Assembly: GCA_963825035.1 (NCBI GenBank)
Contig: CAWGRT010000008.1
Coordinates: 183,775-247,774, forward strand
Direction: 5' to 3'
Length of the DNA: 64,000 nt
Source: Candidatus Krumholzibacteriia bacterium
Lineage (GTDB): Bacteria > Krumholzibacteriota > Krumholzibacteriia > LZORAL124-64-63
The translations under genes were made by a program, and so were the position numbers. Of the stretch, positions 54,064 through 64,000 are shown piece by piece (within the stretch, counting starts at the first letter, position 1; each line of letters opens with the position of its first letter). The notes beneath the pieces are model-generated. The model ran no database searches and had not been told where the DNA came from. It saw nothing but the letters and a program-made list of their open reading frames with translations.

Positions 54064-54206
54064 ACCCGCGACCCCTACCCAACGCGCGGGGCGATTGTTC
54101 CCAGCGGCCGCCGCTTCCGGCGCGGCGACCGGAAACGCCGCGGGCCGCGTCTGCAAGGACGCGGCCCGCGCGGGAAAGGTTGCCTCGCGACCCGGCCGCG
54201 GCAGGA

Positions 54207-54857
54207 TCAGTTGAGGCGGAAGACGAACGGGACGGCCATCCACGCCTTCACCGGGATGTTGCGCTGCTTGCCCGGGAAGAAGGTCCAGCGGCGGGCGGCC
54301 TTCAGGGCCTCCCGGTCCAGCAGCGGGTGCACGCTCTGGATCACCTGGGCATCCTTGACCAGTCCGTCCGGCCCCACGAGCACCTTCACGATCACGGTGC
54401 CCTCCAGCTGCGAACGGCGCGCGATCTCCGGGTACTCGGCCTTGACCGGCACCTTCACCCGCGGGTTCTCCGACGAGGCCACGAAACCCTCGTCGCCCAG
54501 GGAATAGGTGGAGGTCGTCTGGCTGATGGCCGTGTCCAGGTCCATCAGGGTGTCGGCGATCTCCACGTCCTCGCTCACCTCGTCGTCCGGGGCGGCCTCG
54601 ATCACCTTGGGCGGCGGCGGGGCTTCCTGCGGCGGCGGCGGCAACTCGATGTCCTGGGTCTCGGGGATGTCGACGACCTCGAACTCCTCCTGCCGCAGCT
54701 TGTACGGGTGCGGCGTGTAGTTGGGCGAGAGGAGGAAGCCGAGCAGCGTCAGCAGGACGGCGATCAGCGCCGACCAGCGCAGGTACTTGTTGTACTTCGC
54801 CTTGAACTCTTCGTTCGCCGATAAAGGCAGTCCGTTGATCACCGGGACGGTCGCCAT
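54207..54857 (-). CDS. tonB: Energy transducer TonB. Reads intact.
   Basis: N-terminal TM segment; Pro-rich spacer PPPPQEAPPPPK; C-terminal TonB domain EGTVIVKVLVGPDGLVKDAQVIQSVHPLLDREALKAARRWTFFP. Confidence 0.82.
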   Translation of the reverse strand: MATVPVINGLPLSANEEFKAKYNKYLRWSALIAVLLTLLGFLLSPNYTPHPYKLRQEEFEVVDIPETQDIELPPPPQEAPPPPKVIEAAPDDEVSEDVEIADTLMDLDTAISQTTSTYSLGDEGFVASSENPRVKVPVKAEYPEIARRSQLEGTVIVKVLVGPDGLVKDAQVIQSVHPLLDREALKAARRWTFFPGKQRNIPVKAWMAVPFVFRLN

Positions 54858-54865
54858 GCCTGCTC

Positions 54866-55288
54866 CTAGAACTTGGCCCCGGGGTGGGACTCGATGTCGT
54901 TGTTGAAGAAGACGCGCACGGCGTTGACCTCCTTCAGCTCCTCCATCACGTCGCTCACCACCCCGTAATCGGTGTACGTGTCGGTCTTGAAGGCGACGAT
55001 CAATTGTGCGTTGTCGTTGATCTTCTGGCCGATGATGTCCCGCACGTTCCTCACCTTCACCAGCCGGTCGTCGATGGAGATCTGGCCGAGCCGGTTGATG
55101 TAGATGTTGGACACCAGCTCCCGGTTCACTTCCTCGCCGGCCTCCGCCCGCGGCAGCTCCACCGGCAGGCCCGTCTCCTCGCGGAAGATGGTCGTGACCA
55201 TGAAGAAGATCAGCAGCAGGAAGGCGATGTCGCCCATCGAAGAGGTCGGGATGAACGTTTCCTTCTTGGTGTTGCGATTGAAATCCAT
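54866..55288 (-). CDS. exbD: Biopolymer transport protein ExbD/TolR.
   Basis: MGDIAFLLLIFFMVTTIF...ISIDDRLV...AFKTDTYTDYGVVSDVMEELKEV. Confidence 0.82.
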   Translation of the reverse strand: MDFNRNTKKETFIPTSSMGDIAFLLLIFFMVTTIFREETGLPVELPRAEAGEEVNRELVSNIYINRLGQISIDDRLVKVRNVRDIIGQKINDNAQLIVAFKTDTYTDYGVVSDVMEELKEVNAVRVFFNNDIESHPGAKF

Positions 55289-55301
55289 CTCGTCCTCCTT
55301 C

Positions 55302-55721
55302 CTACCGTTCGGCGGTCTTCAGCGACACCTTGTTGGCGTTCGCCAGTCTCAGTTCGTCCAGGCACGCGACCATGCGGCCGTAGTCGGCGTCCGGGTGCAC
55401 CTTCAGCAGGACCACCAGCTTCGGGTTCGAGTCCAGCCGGTCCTCGATGGCGCGCTCGATGTGGTTGACCACGATCGGCTTGTTGTCCAGCGTGATCGAG
55501 TTGTCCGCGTGGACGAACAGCGTGGCGATGTTCTTCTCCGCCACCTTGACGACGTCGTCCAGTTCCTTCTGCTTGCCGGGCAGGACAAGGGTCAGGCCCT
55601 GCTCGGCCGCGAAGATCGTCGTGACGATGAAGAAGATCAGCAGGAGGAAGGCCACGTCGCTGGTGGAGGCCATGGGGATCTCCCCGAGCGCGCCCTTCTT
55701 CTTTTTCTTCATGAGGCCCAT
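55302..55721 (-). CDS. exbD: Biopolymer transport protein ExbD/TolR (second copy).
   Basis: TSDVAFLLLIFFIVTTIF..ITLDNKPIVVNHIERAI..LLKVHPDADYGRMVACLDELR. Confidence 0.82.
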   Translation of the reverse strand: MGLMKKKKKGALGEIPMASTSDVAFLLLIFFIVTTIFAAEQGLTLVLPGKQKELDDVVKVAEKNIATLFVHADNSITLDNKPIVVNHIERAIEDRLDSNPKLVVLLKVHPDADYGRMVACLDELRLANANKVSLKTAER

Positions 55722-55770
55722 CGATAGTCCATCCTCCCCGGCCCGGGGCCGGGACGTGCCAGGGTCGCGA

Positions 55771-56647
55771 CTAGCCCTTCAGGCGCTCCAGTTCCTCGAT
55801 CAGTTCCGCGCTGGTCTCCTCCATCTCGATGACGAAGCGGTCGATCGACGAGACGAAGTAGTTGTAGCCGATGGTCGCGGGAATGGCGACCACCAGGCCG
55901 GTGGCGGTGGTGATGAGGGCCTCGGAGATACCGCTGGCCACGAGCTTGGCGTTCACCTGCTCCGACGCGGCGATGGCCTCGAAGGCGTTGATCATACCCG
56001 ACACGGTGCCGAGGAAGCCGATCAGCGGGGCGATCGTGGTCACCGACGAGATCCAGATCAGGCCGCGCTCCAGGAAGGACATCTCGATGGTGCCCGCGGT
56101 GGCGATGGCCTTCTCCACGGCGTCGCGGCCCCTGTCCGCCTTCTGCAGGCCGGAGTAGAGGATGGCCGCGATCGGACCGCGCACCTTCTGGCATTCCTCG
56201 GCGGCCGCCTGGACACCGTCGTTGCGCAGCGTGGTGATCACCGTGCCGATCAGGCGCCGGGTGTTGACGCGCGCGCGGTTGAGGGTCCACAGGCGTTCGA
56301 TGAGGAAGACGAAGCCCGACCAGGGCCACGATCAGCAGCCACCACATGAACTGCCCGCCCTTGACGAACAGCTCACCGGCGCCGGTCTTGCCGAGGGGGG
56401 AGCGGTCCACGTAGCCCATCAGGCCGCCGACGGGCTGGATGATCTGGGGCACTTCCCGGAGGGAGTCCGACGCGGTCGACCCGAAGCCCAGCGAGTCGCT
56501 CGTGGCCTGGATCTTGGCGAACTTGTCGGCCGCCGAGTCAGCGGCGGGCTGATCCTGCGCCAGCACCGGGGCCGCCAGGATCAGTCCCAGCAGCCCGAGG
56601 GTGATGAACCCGAAAATGGCGCTTTTCAACGTACCGTGACGAGCCAT
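55771..56647 (-). CDS. exbB: MotA/TolQ/ExbB proton-channel protein. One frameshift near 56300.
   Basis: ATG after GGGAGAC. N-terminal signal-like region; then the MotA_ExbB core ISSVTTIAPLIGFLGTVSGMINAFEAIAAS..GISEALITTATGLVVAIPATIGYNYF. Confidence 0.82.
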
Positions 56648-56809
56648 TGTGCAAGTCTCCCTTTCCGAAATGGGACCCTTAAGAAGCTGGTGCCGGGAGC
56701 GGGCCGGGGCAGGTGGGGAGCCCAAGTTCCACTACCAGACGGGCCCAGTTGCGCCGGTTGCCCACGCACCGGCAGGGCCCTTGTTTCACCCGGTCGATGG
56801 AGTCTAGTC

Positions 56810-56848
56810 GTTGATATAATTAGTGCAGGAGGGGGTACCAAGTCAAAC
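56810..56848 (-). promoter_or_regulatory. AT-rich promoter island for the exbB-exbD-exbD-tonB operon (minus-strand TTGACT-17/18-TAATTA). It contains the palindrome-like motif TTGATATAATTAG, which could be a Fur-type operator.
   Basis: Sequence composition and motif spacing; lies ~170 nt upstream of the exbB ATG. Confidence 0.35.
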
Positions 56849-56911
56849 AGTTTCGGGCAGGTTGGGCATTTCCGCGCCGCCTCGCGCGCCCGTCCTTCCG
56901 ACACCCCGTAT

Positions 56912-58549
56912 TCACTCCTCGCCCTGGACCACGTTGGACGATTCCAGGTAGAACTGGCCGGTGCCCGTCCGGTCCACGAACAGGAACCGCTGCCCCATGC
57001 CGATGTGGGAGAAACGGCTCGGCCACAGGGGCTTGCCCCCGTTGTCGTACTCCCACAGCTCGAAGCCGAACAGGTGCGACGCCTTCTGCAGGGTGATGTC
57101 CCGCTGGTACTCCGCCCGCTGCGACGCGGCTGCCAGTCGGGCCGGTCGGCCCCGTTCGACGGCGCGGTGCTCACCCGGCCCTGGATTCTGCCGCGCTCCG
57201 CGTACACCTCGCGCTCGGGAGCGAAGCGGTTGAAGACGTTGATGCGGGCGTCGTCCTGGGCCCTGTAGTCGTTGGGCATGTGGGACCGCTTGATGTCGTC
57301 GGGCCTGCCCAGGGCCAGGAACACTTCGCCGCGGGGATCGGCGGCGCCGAACTCGTCGAAGCCCCCCAGGAACTGGCGGACGTAGGCCAGCCGGTACTGG
57401 AACTCCAGGTAGGCCTCGTTGATCGGGACTCTCCGGGTCCGGGTTGACGCTGGCCCAGTAGGCCTTGAGCATGTTCTCCTGTTCGGCCGCGCTCGACGCC
57501 AGGAAGCGCGTCCAGCTGCTTGCCGTGGAAGATGGTGCGCCCCTCCCCCCGCACCTGGGCGGGCCGCCGCGCCAGGGCGGCCAGGCGCCAGACCACGTCG
57601 AACTGCTGCACCGACCCCCGCCCCCGCCGGTCCAGGGGCGCCAGGCTCAGCAGGAACGACCCTTCGGGCAGGAGATTCACGTCCAGCTCGTAGAAGATGC
57701 CCGCCGGACGGCCGGCCGCCAGGGCGGCCCGGCCCACCTCGTCGAACTGGATGGTGTCGGTCACCGCGAAGTCCAGGTCGAGGCTGGACACCTTCACCTG
57801 CAGGCCCGACCGAATCGGCTTCCAGCGGCGATGCCGCCGACGGCGGGCCACACCGGCACGAAGATCTGCAGATGGTCCTGCTCCAGGCCGTAGCGACGGG
57901 ACGGGTGCATGTAGTCGTGCAGCCATGCCGGTGCCCCGGGCGTCCACGTTCTCGGGCCGCCAGCGCTGCAGGGGCGCCTGGGCCAGGTACAAGGGGTCGC
58001 CCACGGCCAGGCCGCGCGCCGGCCGCGGCCCGTCGTCCGCCGCCCAGGCGCCGGCGGCGGCGCTGACCTCGTTGTTCTTCCGGATGATGTTGAGCAGCCC
58101 CTCCTTGCGCTGGTTGAGGTCGTAGACCTCGCAGCGGATGCGACCGCTGCGGAACGGCACGTCCTCCAGGACCACGCCGAAGTTCTGGAAGAGGGTCGGG
58201 CTGGCGGCGTCGTTCGCGCTCAGCACCGGGGTCTTCACGGGCCGGCGTTCGGTGATCGACGTGGCCGTACGGATCCTCCAGCTCCACATCGACCCGCAGG
58301 CGTCCCTGCAGACCGCCCCCGGCTTCCGATGAAAGCCAGGTCGGCGTTGGCCACCTCCACCAGGACCAGCACGTCCAGGGTGCCTCGTCGCGCCAGCGGT
58401 TGACCACGTCGACGCCGCGGTGAAGTTCCCCCGCCCGTCCAGGGGACGCACGATGGCGGACCGAAGTCGCCGGCAACGGCGAGCGACACGGCGATGGCGG
58501 GCAGAGGATGCGCGCGCACTGCGGGAAAACGGCAGGAGATCCGTGCCAT
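56912..58549 (-). CDS. Secreted GWxTD-domain-like protein of unknown function. At least 4 frameshifts.
   Basis: Signal peptide MARISCRFPAVRAHPLPAIAVSLAVAG. Protein-like blocks LFQNFGVVLEDVPFRSGRIRCEVYDLNQRKEGLLNIIRK; INEAYLEFQYRLAYVRQFLGGFDEFGAADPRGEVFLALGRPDDIKR (resembles the GWxTDRG..YI..G.PD.I core); C-terminus FGFELWEYDNGGKPLWPSRFSHIGMGQRFLFVDRTGTGQFYLESSNV. Confidence 0.5.
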
Positions 58550-58666
58550 GACGGGGCCTTTGCTGCGGGTGTCGAACCGATCCCCCTCGACCGGCGCCGG
58601 CTTTGCCGGCTACCCTGATTCTAAGGAAATCGCGGCGGTCTTGGCCAGCGGGAAGGTCGGTTCCGG

Positions 58667-58698
58667 GAAAAAAGCCGCCCCGCGGGCAGGCGGGGCGG
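58667..58698 (-). terminator. Rho-independent terminator downstream of the PorV-like gene (stem gccgccccgc/gcggggcggc, then U-tract on the minus strand).
   Basis: aaaaaagccgccccgcgggcaggcggggcggc. Confidence 0.7.
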
Positions 58699-58734
58699 CT
58701 CGGGGCCAGGGCCGGATCTGGAGGATTCCGGACC

Positions 58735-59668
58735 TAGTAGACGACCGACACGGTGAAGCGGTGGACGTAGCCGAGGGCGTCCATGTCCACGGCGCTGTAG
58801 TCCGCCTGCAGCTTCGTGCTGGCGCCGGTCTTGATCGCCGCACCGAAACCGAAGGCCAGGCCGTCGGTGTCGTAGTTGATGTGGTAGCCGGCGCGGGCGA
58901 AGAACATCTCGTTCAGCGCCCACTCGAAGCCGGCGTTGGCGCGCTCGAGGTTGTCCGCCGGGTGCTGGAACTCGAGGGCGCAGCGTCAGCCGCTGGCGCT
59001 CGTTGCGCATGGCGTTGAAGCTGGTGCCCACCTTGAAGATCACCGGCAGCTTGGACTCGCGCTCGTCGAACGTGAACTTGCCGCCCAGGTTCTGGATGGT
59101 CATGCCCAGCTTCAGGTCCTTGATGCCGATCCGGTACATGATGCCGAAGTCCATGGCGCCCGTGTTCACGGCGACCTCGGCCAGCCCCATGTGCAGGTAG
59201 TTCAGGGTGATGCCCGCCGAGAACTTGTCGGTGAAGAACCGGGCGTAGCTCAGGCCGAACGTCGTCGTGCCCGAGTCGAAGGTCTCGCCGGTCCCCTCGG
59301 GGTTGTACGCGGTGCGCACCAGCTGCGGGTCCATCCAGAAGGACCGGACCGAAACCGCGAAGGTGCCCGGGATCGAACGCGGGTTGAAGGCCAGGATCGC
59401 GGTGCTCAGCTTGGTGTCCGCCGCCCACACCACGTGGTTGATGGAGACCTCGTTGCTGACCACGTTGACCAGGCCGCCCGCGATTCCAGAACACGGAGCT
59501 GGCATCGTCGGCCACGCCCGTGAACGCGGAGCCCATGCCCGTCGCGCGCGCGCTCACGCCGATCTTCAGTTCCTGACCCCCGAAGGTGCCGACCTTGGCG
59601 AAGCCGGCCCCGAAGGCCAGCCCCGGCAGGGCCAGGAGGATCGTGGTCAGAATCGCGATGCGTTTCAT
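58735..59668 (-). CDS. PorV/PorQ-like outer-membrane beta-barrel protein associated with type IX secretion (UPF0164-like). About 2 frameshifts.
   Basis: ATG after GGAGG. MKRIAILTTILLALPGLAFGAGFAKVGTFGGQELKIGVSARATGMGSAFTGVADDASSVFWN (the hallmark GxxARAxGMGxAFxAVADDASAxxWNP). Later strands ...DFGIMYRIGIKDLKLGMTIQNLGGKFTFDE..., ending VVY. Confidence 0.65.
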
Positions 59669-59730
59669 GGAAACCTCCAGATCCGTCCGCGGACGGAGTT
59701 GAGCGTATCTGCCCCTTCTGCCTCGCCTGC

Positions 59731-62616
59731 CTACCTGACCACCACGAACTTGCCGACGAAGTCTGCTGAAGCGGTCTGTCGTCCGACTGCACGGAATAGA
59801 GGTAGACTCCACTGACGATTTCCTGGCCGTTCCGGCTCATCAGGTTCCAGCTGACGTGCCCGGAACCCGGTCGTCCCGTCGTGCTCGATCGTCTGCACCA
59901 GGTCCCCCGCCACCGTGTAGATCTTGACGGTGTTGTGGGCCATGGGCAGGTTGGTGAACGTCACCCTGACGCCGGTGGGGTCGTCGCCGTTGGGGAACAG
60001 CTGCTGGTACTCCGCCAGCGCATCGCGGGTGGCGGGATTCGGATAGACGTAGATGTTCGTCCCGTCGGCGGCCCGCTGCTCGGCCGGTCTGCGCCTCGGT
60101 GCCCGGCTGGGTGTTGCCGAAGGACGATCCGGGGTCGCCCACCAGCCCCGGCCCGGCCGGGCCGGTGATCCCCCACTGGTTGCCCGCAGGCAGCAGCTCG
60201 TGGTCGGTCGACGTCACCGAGTAGAAGTAGATGAAGCCGTTGTGGATGTCGCGGTCCACGTACTCGTAGTACCGGGTGGCCCGCTTCTCCTCCACCTCGT
60301 TGGCCGGATCCGGCGCGCGGTAGGTCACGGCCCAGAAGGTGTCCAGGGCCGCGTCCTCGGTCTGCCAGTCCGCCAGCGCCACGTACTGCGTCCTTGAGCT
60401 GGCCGTCCTGGTTGAACATCGGCGGCCGCACCTGGCTGGTGTTGTGGGGCTCGGAGTCCACCACCTGCTGCATCGCCTCGGCCAGGCCCGCGTACTGGGG
60501 ATCGCTGAGGATCCGCGGCGTGTAGCGGATGCTCTCGAGGCCCGTGTTGGCGCCCAGGGGGATGGTGTCGTAGCACCGTGCCGCTGGGCACGTCGCGATG
60601 GGTGATGTAGTTGTTGATCAGGTCGTACTCGTCGATCAGCTGCCACAGGCCGCTCTCCGGGCCGTTGGCCAGGGACGAGCCGTAGGGGCGCTCCCAGTTG
60701 TCCGCGCGCCAGATGCGGTACGACTCGAAGTCGATCTTCTGCAGCCGGATGTCCTTGGCGTACTCGGGCGAGTCGTCCCAGAACACGTGGACCCGGCTGT
60801 CGGCCGACCACAGGCGCAGACCCGGCGGCGGCGGCGCCATGCCCACCAGCCAGTGGATCTGCGTATCCAGGCCGCCGACGCCCGTGCAGCCGATCTTGTT
60901 GCCGTTGGGCAGGTTGCACTGCCAGGTGCCGTCTTTCGAAATCCGCGGGGCCGCAGTACCGGCCCAGCTGGCGCGCACACTCGAAGCAGTTGTCCATGTT
61001 GAACATGGCGCAGGTCTTGCCGTCGTACTCGAAGCGGTCGTCCTCCGTCACGCGCTGCTGGCCCAGCAGCCACTGGGGGTCGACGCACGTGGTGTCCATG
61101 AAGTCCGGGGAACCAGGTGTCGAAGGGGTTGTCCTTGCCCGGCGACTCGAAGTCCTCGCGGCAGAGCAGGGTCTCGCGGCCGTTGATGCCCGGGTTGAAC
61201 TCGAGTCCGGACTCCGCCTGGACCGGTGCCGACGTCCTGCACCCAGACGCCGTACCAGGTCAGCGCGGCCTCGGCGCAGTTGGCCAGCAGGCCGGGGGTG
61301 CCGTCGGCCGTGCCCAGCCCCGGCCCCACGACCATGCCCACCTGGAAGCGCAGGCTCTCGTCCGGCGGAGGCTCACGAACGGGCCCGCCGAGACCAGGAA
61401 GCGGAAGTCCGCCTGCTTGCCCGGCGGGGTGTTGGCGTCCCAGTCCTCCGGCGCCGCGCTCAGCAGCTGGTAGCGCTCGTCGTCGTTGGTGGGGTCGCCG
61501 CCCTGCTCGAAGGCCGCGTTGCCCGAGAACGACTGGAACGTGCGCAGACCCACGTGCGGCGGGCGCCGTGCGTGCCGGTGGGGTCGATGTTGTGGCCCAG
61601 GAAGAGGATGCCGAAGTAGCCGTCGATGCGGCCGCTCTCGGCGGCGTCGTACATGTAGCCGACCTCGACCGGCACGAAGCTGCCGTCGGAGGCCGCGCAC
61701 CAGGCCGCGCCAGCTGCCGGCCATGTCGTCGTCGGCGATGCCGTCGGCCGCGCGGGGCCCGATGTCGCTGTCGGCGAAGAAGCCCAGGTAGACCCGCTCG
61801 ATGTCGGTGACGCCGACGTTCTTGATGGCGTACTCGAAGCCCACGAAGTCGTCGACCTGGTCGTTCTCCCACTGGTAGGTGCTCTGGACGATCTCCAGGT
61901 TCAGCGGCGTGTGGTCCGGGTTGTCCTCCTGGGCCAGCCGCGTGTTGTCGTACTGGGTCAGCACCATCATCTGGTTGCCGATCTGCCCGAAGTCCTCGTC
62001 GATCAGGCCGTCGTCGTCGTCGTCCTTGCCGTTGAGGGTCTCCTCGTCGATGCGCGGCGAGCCGTCGTCGTTGAAGTCGCCGTCGTCGTTGGGACTGGGC
62101 ATCGGGCGCCCGGCGGCCGCTGGCGTCGACGTTCCCCGGCGGCCGCATCAGCTTGGTGCCGATGGCCTCGTAGATGGTGGCCTCGACCTCGTCCAGGGGA
62201 TAGATCTCGCTGCTAGAAGCCGCCGGCCGGTGGACACCAGCCGCTCGCCCAGCACGACGCCGCCCACCCACAGGCCGGCGGCCCACAGGTACTCGTTGCC
62301 GGAGCCGGCGGGCCACTGGCAGGAGGGCGCGTCCGAGAAGGGCGTCGCCGATCGACGGCGCCGACCCGATCAGGCCCCAGTTGGTGATGTTGATCTGGAC
62401 CTCGCCCACGTTCATCACGTAGCTGCCGTCCAGGATGAAGGCGCCGCTGGGATTGTAGCCCATGTCGAGGACCGGATTGGGTCCGTGCATCACCGCCGCG
62501 GCCGGCGCGGCGAGGCTGGCCGTCAGCAGGAGCAGGCCCACAGCAGCGCCGCCCCGCGAGGGCGCCACCGCCGCTGCCTGGCCGCGTTGATACTCGATGG
62601 TCCTGTTCATCGCCAT
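59731..62616 (-). CDS. Large secreted type IX secretion cargo protein (~960 aa) with an Asp-rich Ca-binding-like region and a Por/T9SS C-terminal sorting domain. At least 6 frameshifts; function unknown.
   Basis: Signal peptide MAMNRTIEYQRGQAAAVAPSRGGAAVGLLLLTASLAAPAAA. D-rich block SPNDDGDFNDDGSPRIDEETLNGKDDDDDGLIDEDFGQ. Sorting domain YPNPA..VRVTFTNLPMAHNTVKIYTVAGDLVQTIEHDG..WNLMSRNGQEIVSGVYLYSVQSDD..GKFVVVR to the stop at 59731. Confidence 0.6.
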
Positions 62617-62663
62617 CCTTTCGGGCCGGACCCGGTCGCAGGGACCCGGCGCGCTTCGCCCCT

Positions 62664-64000
62664 CTAGAAGTAGTAGCCGAGCCCGATCCGGAACAGCCGG
62701 TGCTGGCCGAACGTCCGCGGATCGTAGAACGGGATGAATTCGTCGACGCCGTCGCCGTTGGCGTCCTGCAGCAGGGCCGCGCCGTACTTGCCCGTCTCCG
62801 TGAGGTAGGACATGCCCGGCGTAGCGCGCCCCGTTGATCATGCCCGGGCTGATGCCGCCGCCGCCCGGGTTGTTGGATGACGTCCTGGTTCAGCAGGTTG
62901 AAGCCCTGCAGCTGCAGGGACAGCCGCTTGCCGTAGAAGTTGATGTTGCGCTCGAACTGGATGTCCAGGGAGTAGGTCGCCGGCAGGCGCTCGCTGTTCT
63001 CCAGCATGGGGTCCTGCCGCTTGGCGAAACGGTCCACCGGCGTCCAGGGGAAGCCGCTGCCGTAGGAGAAGGTGAACGACGTGCGACCACACGCCCGGGC
63101 TCGGCCAGGCGCAGCAGCAGGTTCGCCGTGTGGCGCTGGTCCCAGGCCAGCGGCAGCTCCTGGTTCGGCAGGTAGGCCAGGCCCTCGGGGTTCGACCCGA
63201 AGGCCGTGTCCGAGGCCACGCCGTCGGCGAAGGAGTAGGTGTAGCTGAACATGAACTGGTAGTTGTCGCTGTAGCGCTTCTCCAGGGTCATCTCGATGCC
63301 GCGCGCCGAGGCGTAGGCCTTGTTGATGTAGCGCGCCAGCGTCTGGCCCGTCGGACGTGTCCGTCACCTGGGTGGACGCGATCAGGTCGTAGATGTCCTT
63401 GCTGTAGAGCGAGAACTGGCCGGCGATGTAGTCGGTGAACTGGTGCTTGATGCCGGCCGAGTACTGCACCGTGGTCATCGGCTGCAGGTTCGGGTTGCCC
63501 AGGATGCCCGCGTTGCCGACGGGATCCTGGCTGGCGAACAGGTACTCGCGGCTCGGGGAACTGCACGAAGCGGCCGTAGTGGAAGTGGAAGCCGTCGCGC
63601 TCGGTGATGGGGAAGGCGAAGCCGAGGCGCGGCTGGAACGCGGTCTTGTACTTCACCACGTTGGCGTCCACGTCCTCGTTGGCCAGGTCGATGGCCGCCG
63701 CGCTGCCCGGGGAGAACATGTCCCAGCGCAGGCCGTAGTTCACCACCATGCCCTCGTACTCCCAGCGGTCCTGGGCGTACCAGTAGCCCTCGGGGTTGTA
63801 GGTGTGGAAGACGTTGCGGTTCTGGCCCTGGGTCCACTCGCCGGTGAAGCGGCTCTGGCGCATGATGGCCGGCTGGATCAGGCGCGTAGCGCTCGAGGTC
63901 GTTGTAGCGCACGCCGAAGCCGGTCTCCACCAGGTGCCCGTCCCAGCGGTTGCTCACCAGCTCGAAGCCCAGGCTGTAGGTCCGGCTGTACTCCTCCTGG
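62664..64000 (-). CDS. TonB-dependent receptor, C-terminal portion only. The gene continues beyond the window edge. Frameshifted.
   Basis: Beta-barrel segments PRLGFAFPITERDGFHFHYGRFVQFP; QFSLYSKDIYDLIASTQV; MTLEKRYSDNYQFMFSYTYSFADG; TFSYGSGFPWTPV; LSLQLQGFNLLNQDV; terminal ...YYF to the stop at 62664. Confidence 0.7.

Overview
This is a very GC-rich (~70%) bacterial chromosomal segment, mostly core housekeeping genes and almost all transcribed on the minus strand in long operons. Type IX secretion signatures (two secreted proteins with C-terminal sorting domains, a PorV-like barrel, a GWxTD-like protein) hint at the FCB group or Gemmatimonadota-like lineages; that placement is inference.

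Recognisable blocks, in order:
- 44-7073: deoB (minus); rarA and pfkA (plus); a lipoprotein; a hypothetical protein; and a tyrosine phenol-lyase/tryptophanase.
- 7204-13206: two adjacent ~1000-aa uncharacterised minus-strand ORFs that I could not assign to any family. This is the best candidate for a novel system in the window.
- 13271-22225: an S8 peptidase with a type IX sorting domain, then yraN-rnhB-rplS-trmD-rimM-KH-rpsP-ffh.
- 22629-38896: an ABM monooxygenase-like gene (plus), then rpe, a PASTA protein, rsmB-fmt-def, yajC-tgt-queA, a small CXXCH cytochrome-like gene, ruvBA-ruvC-yebC, an EF-G paralogue, a plus-strand beta-barrel OMP, a Lys/Ala tandem-repeat histone-H1-like gene, tRNA-Leu(GAG) and secG.
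- 39021-48935: pgk, a comF-family gene, aroE, lgt, rodA-mrdA-mreDCB and radC.
- 49122-64000: lysC (plus), a rhomboid protease, an ABC ATPase with tolC, tonB-exbD-exbD-exbB, a GWxTD-like protein, a PorV-like OMP, a ~960-aa type IX cargo protein and a partial TonB-dependent receptor.

A striking technical feature is that most genes longer than ~600 bp need one or more single-base frame corrections to read through. fmt, def, mreB, tolC, tonB, exbD x2, the ABC ATPase, rnhB, trmD, rodA and deoB read intact. This pattern fits uncorrected assembly indels far better than pseudogenisation, so all gene ends are approximate. Because the DNA is so GC-rich, many long ORFs in the six-frame track (especially on the plus strand at 7-17 kb) are antisense artefacts. 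AT-rich islands mark sigma70-like promoters. I saw no CRISPR array, rRNA or mobile element.
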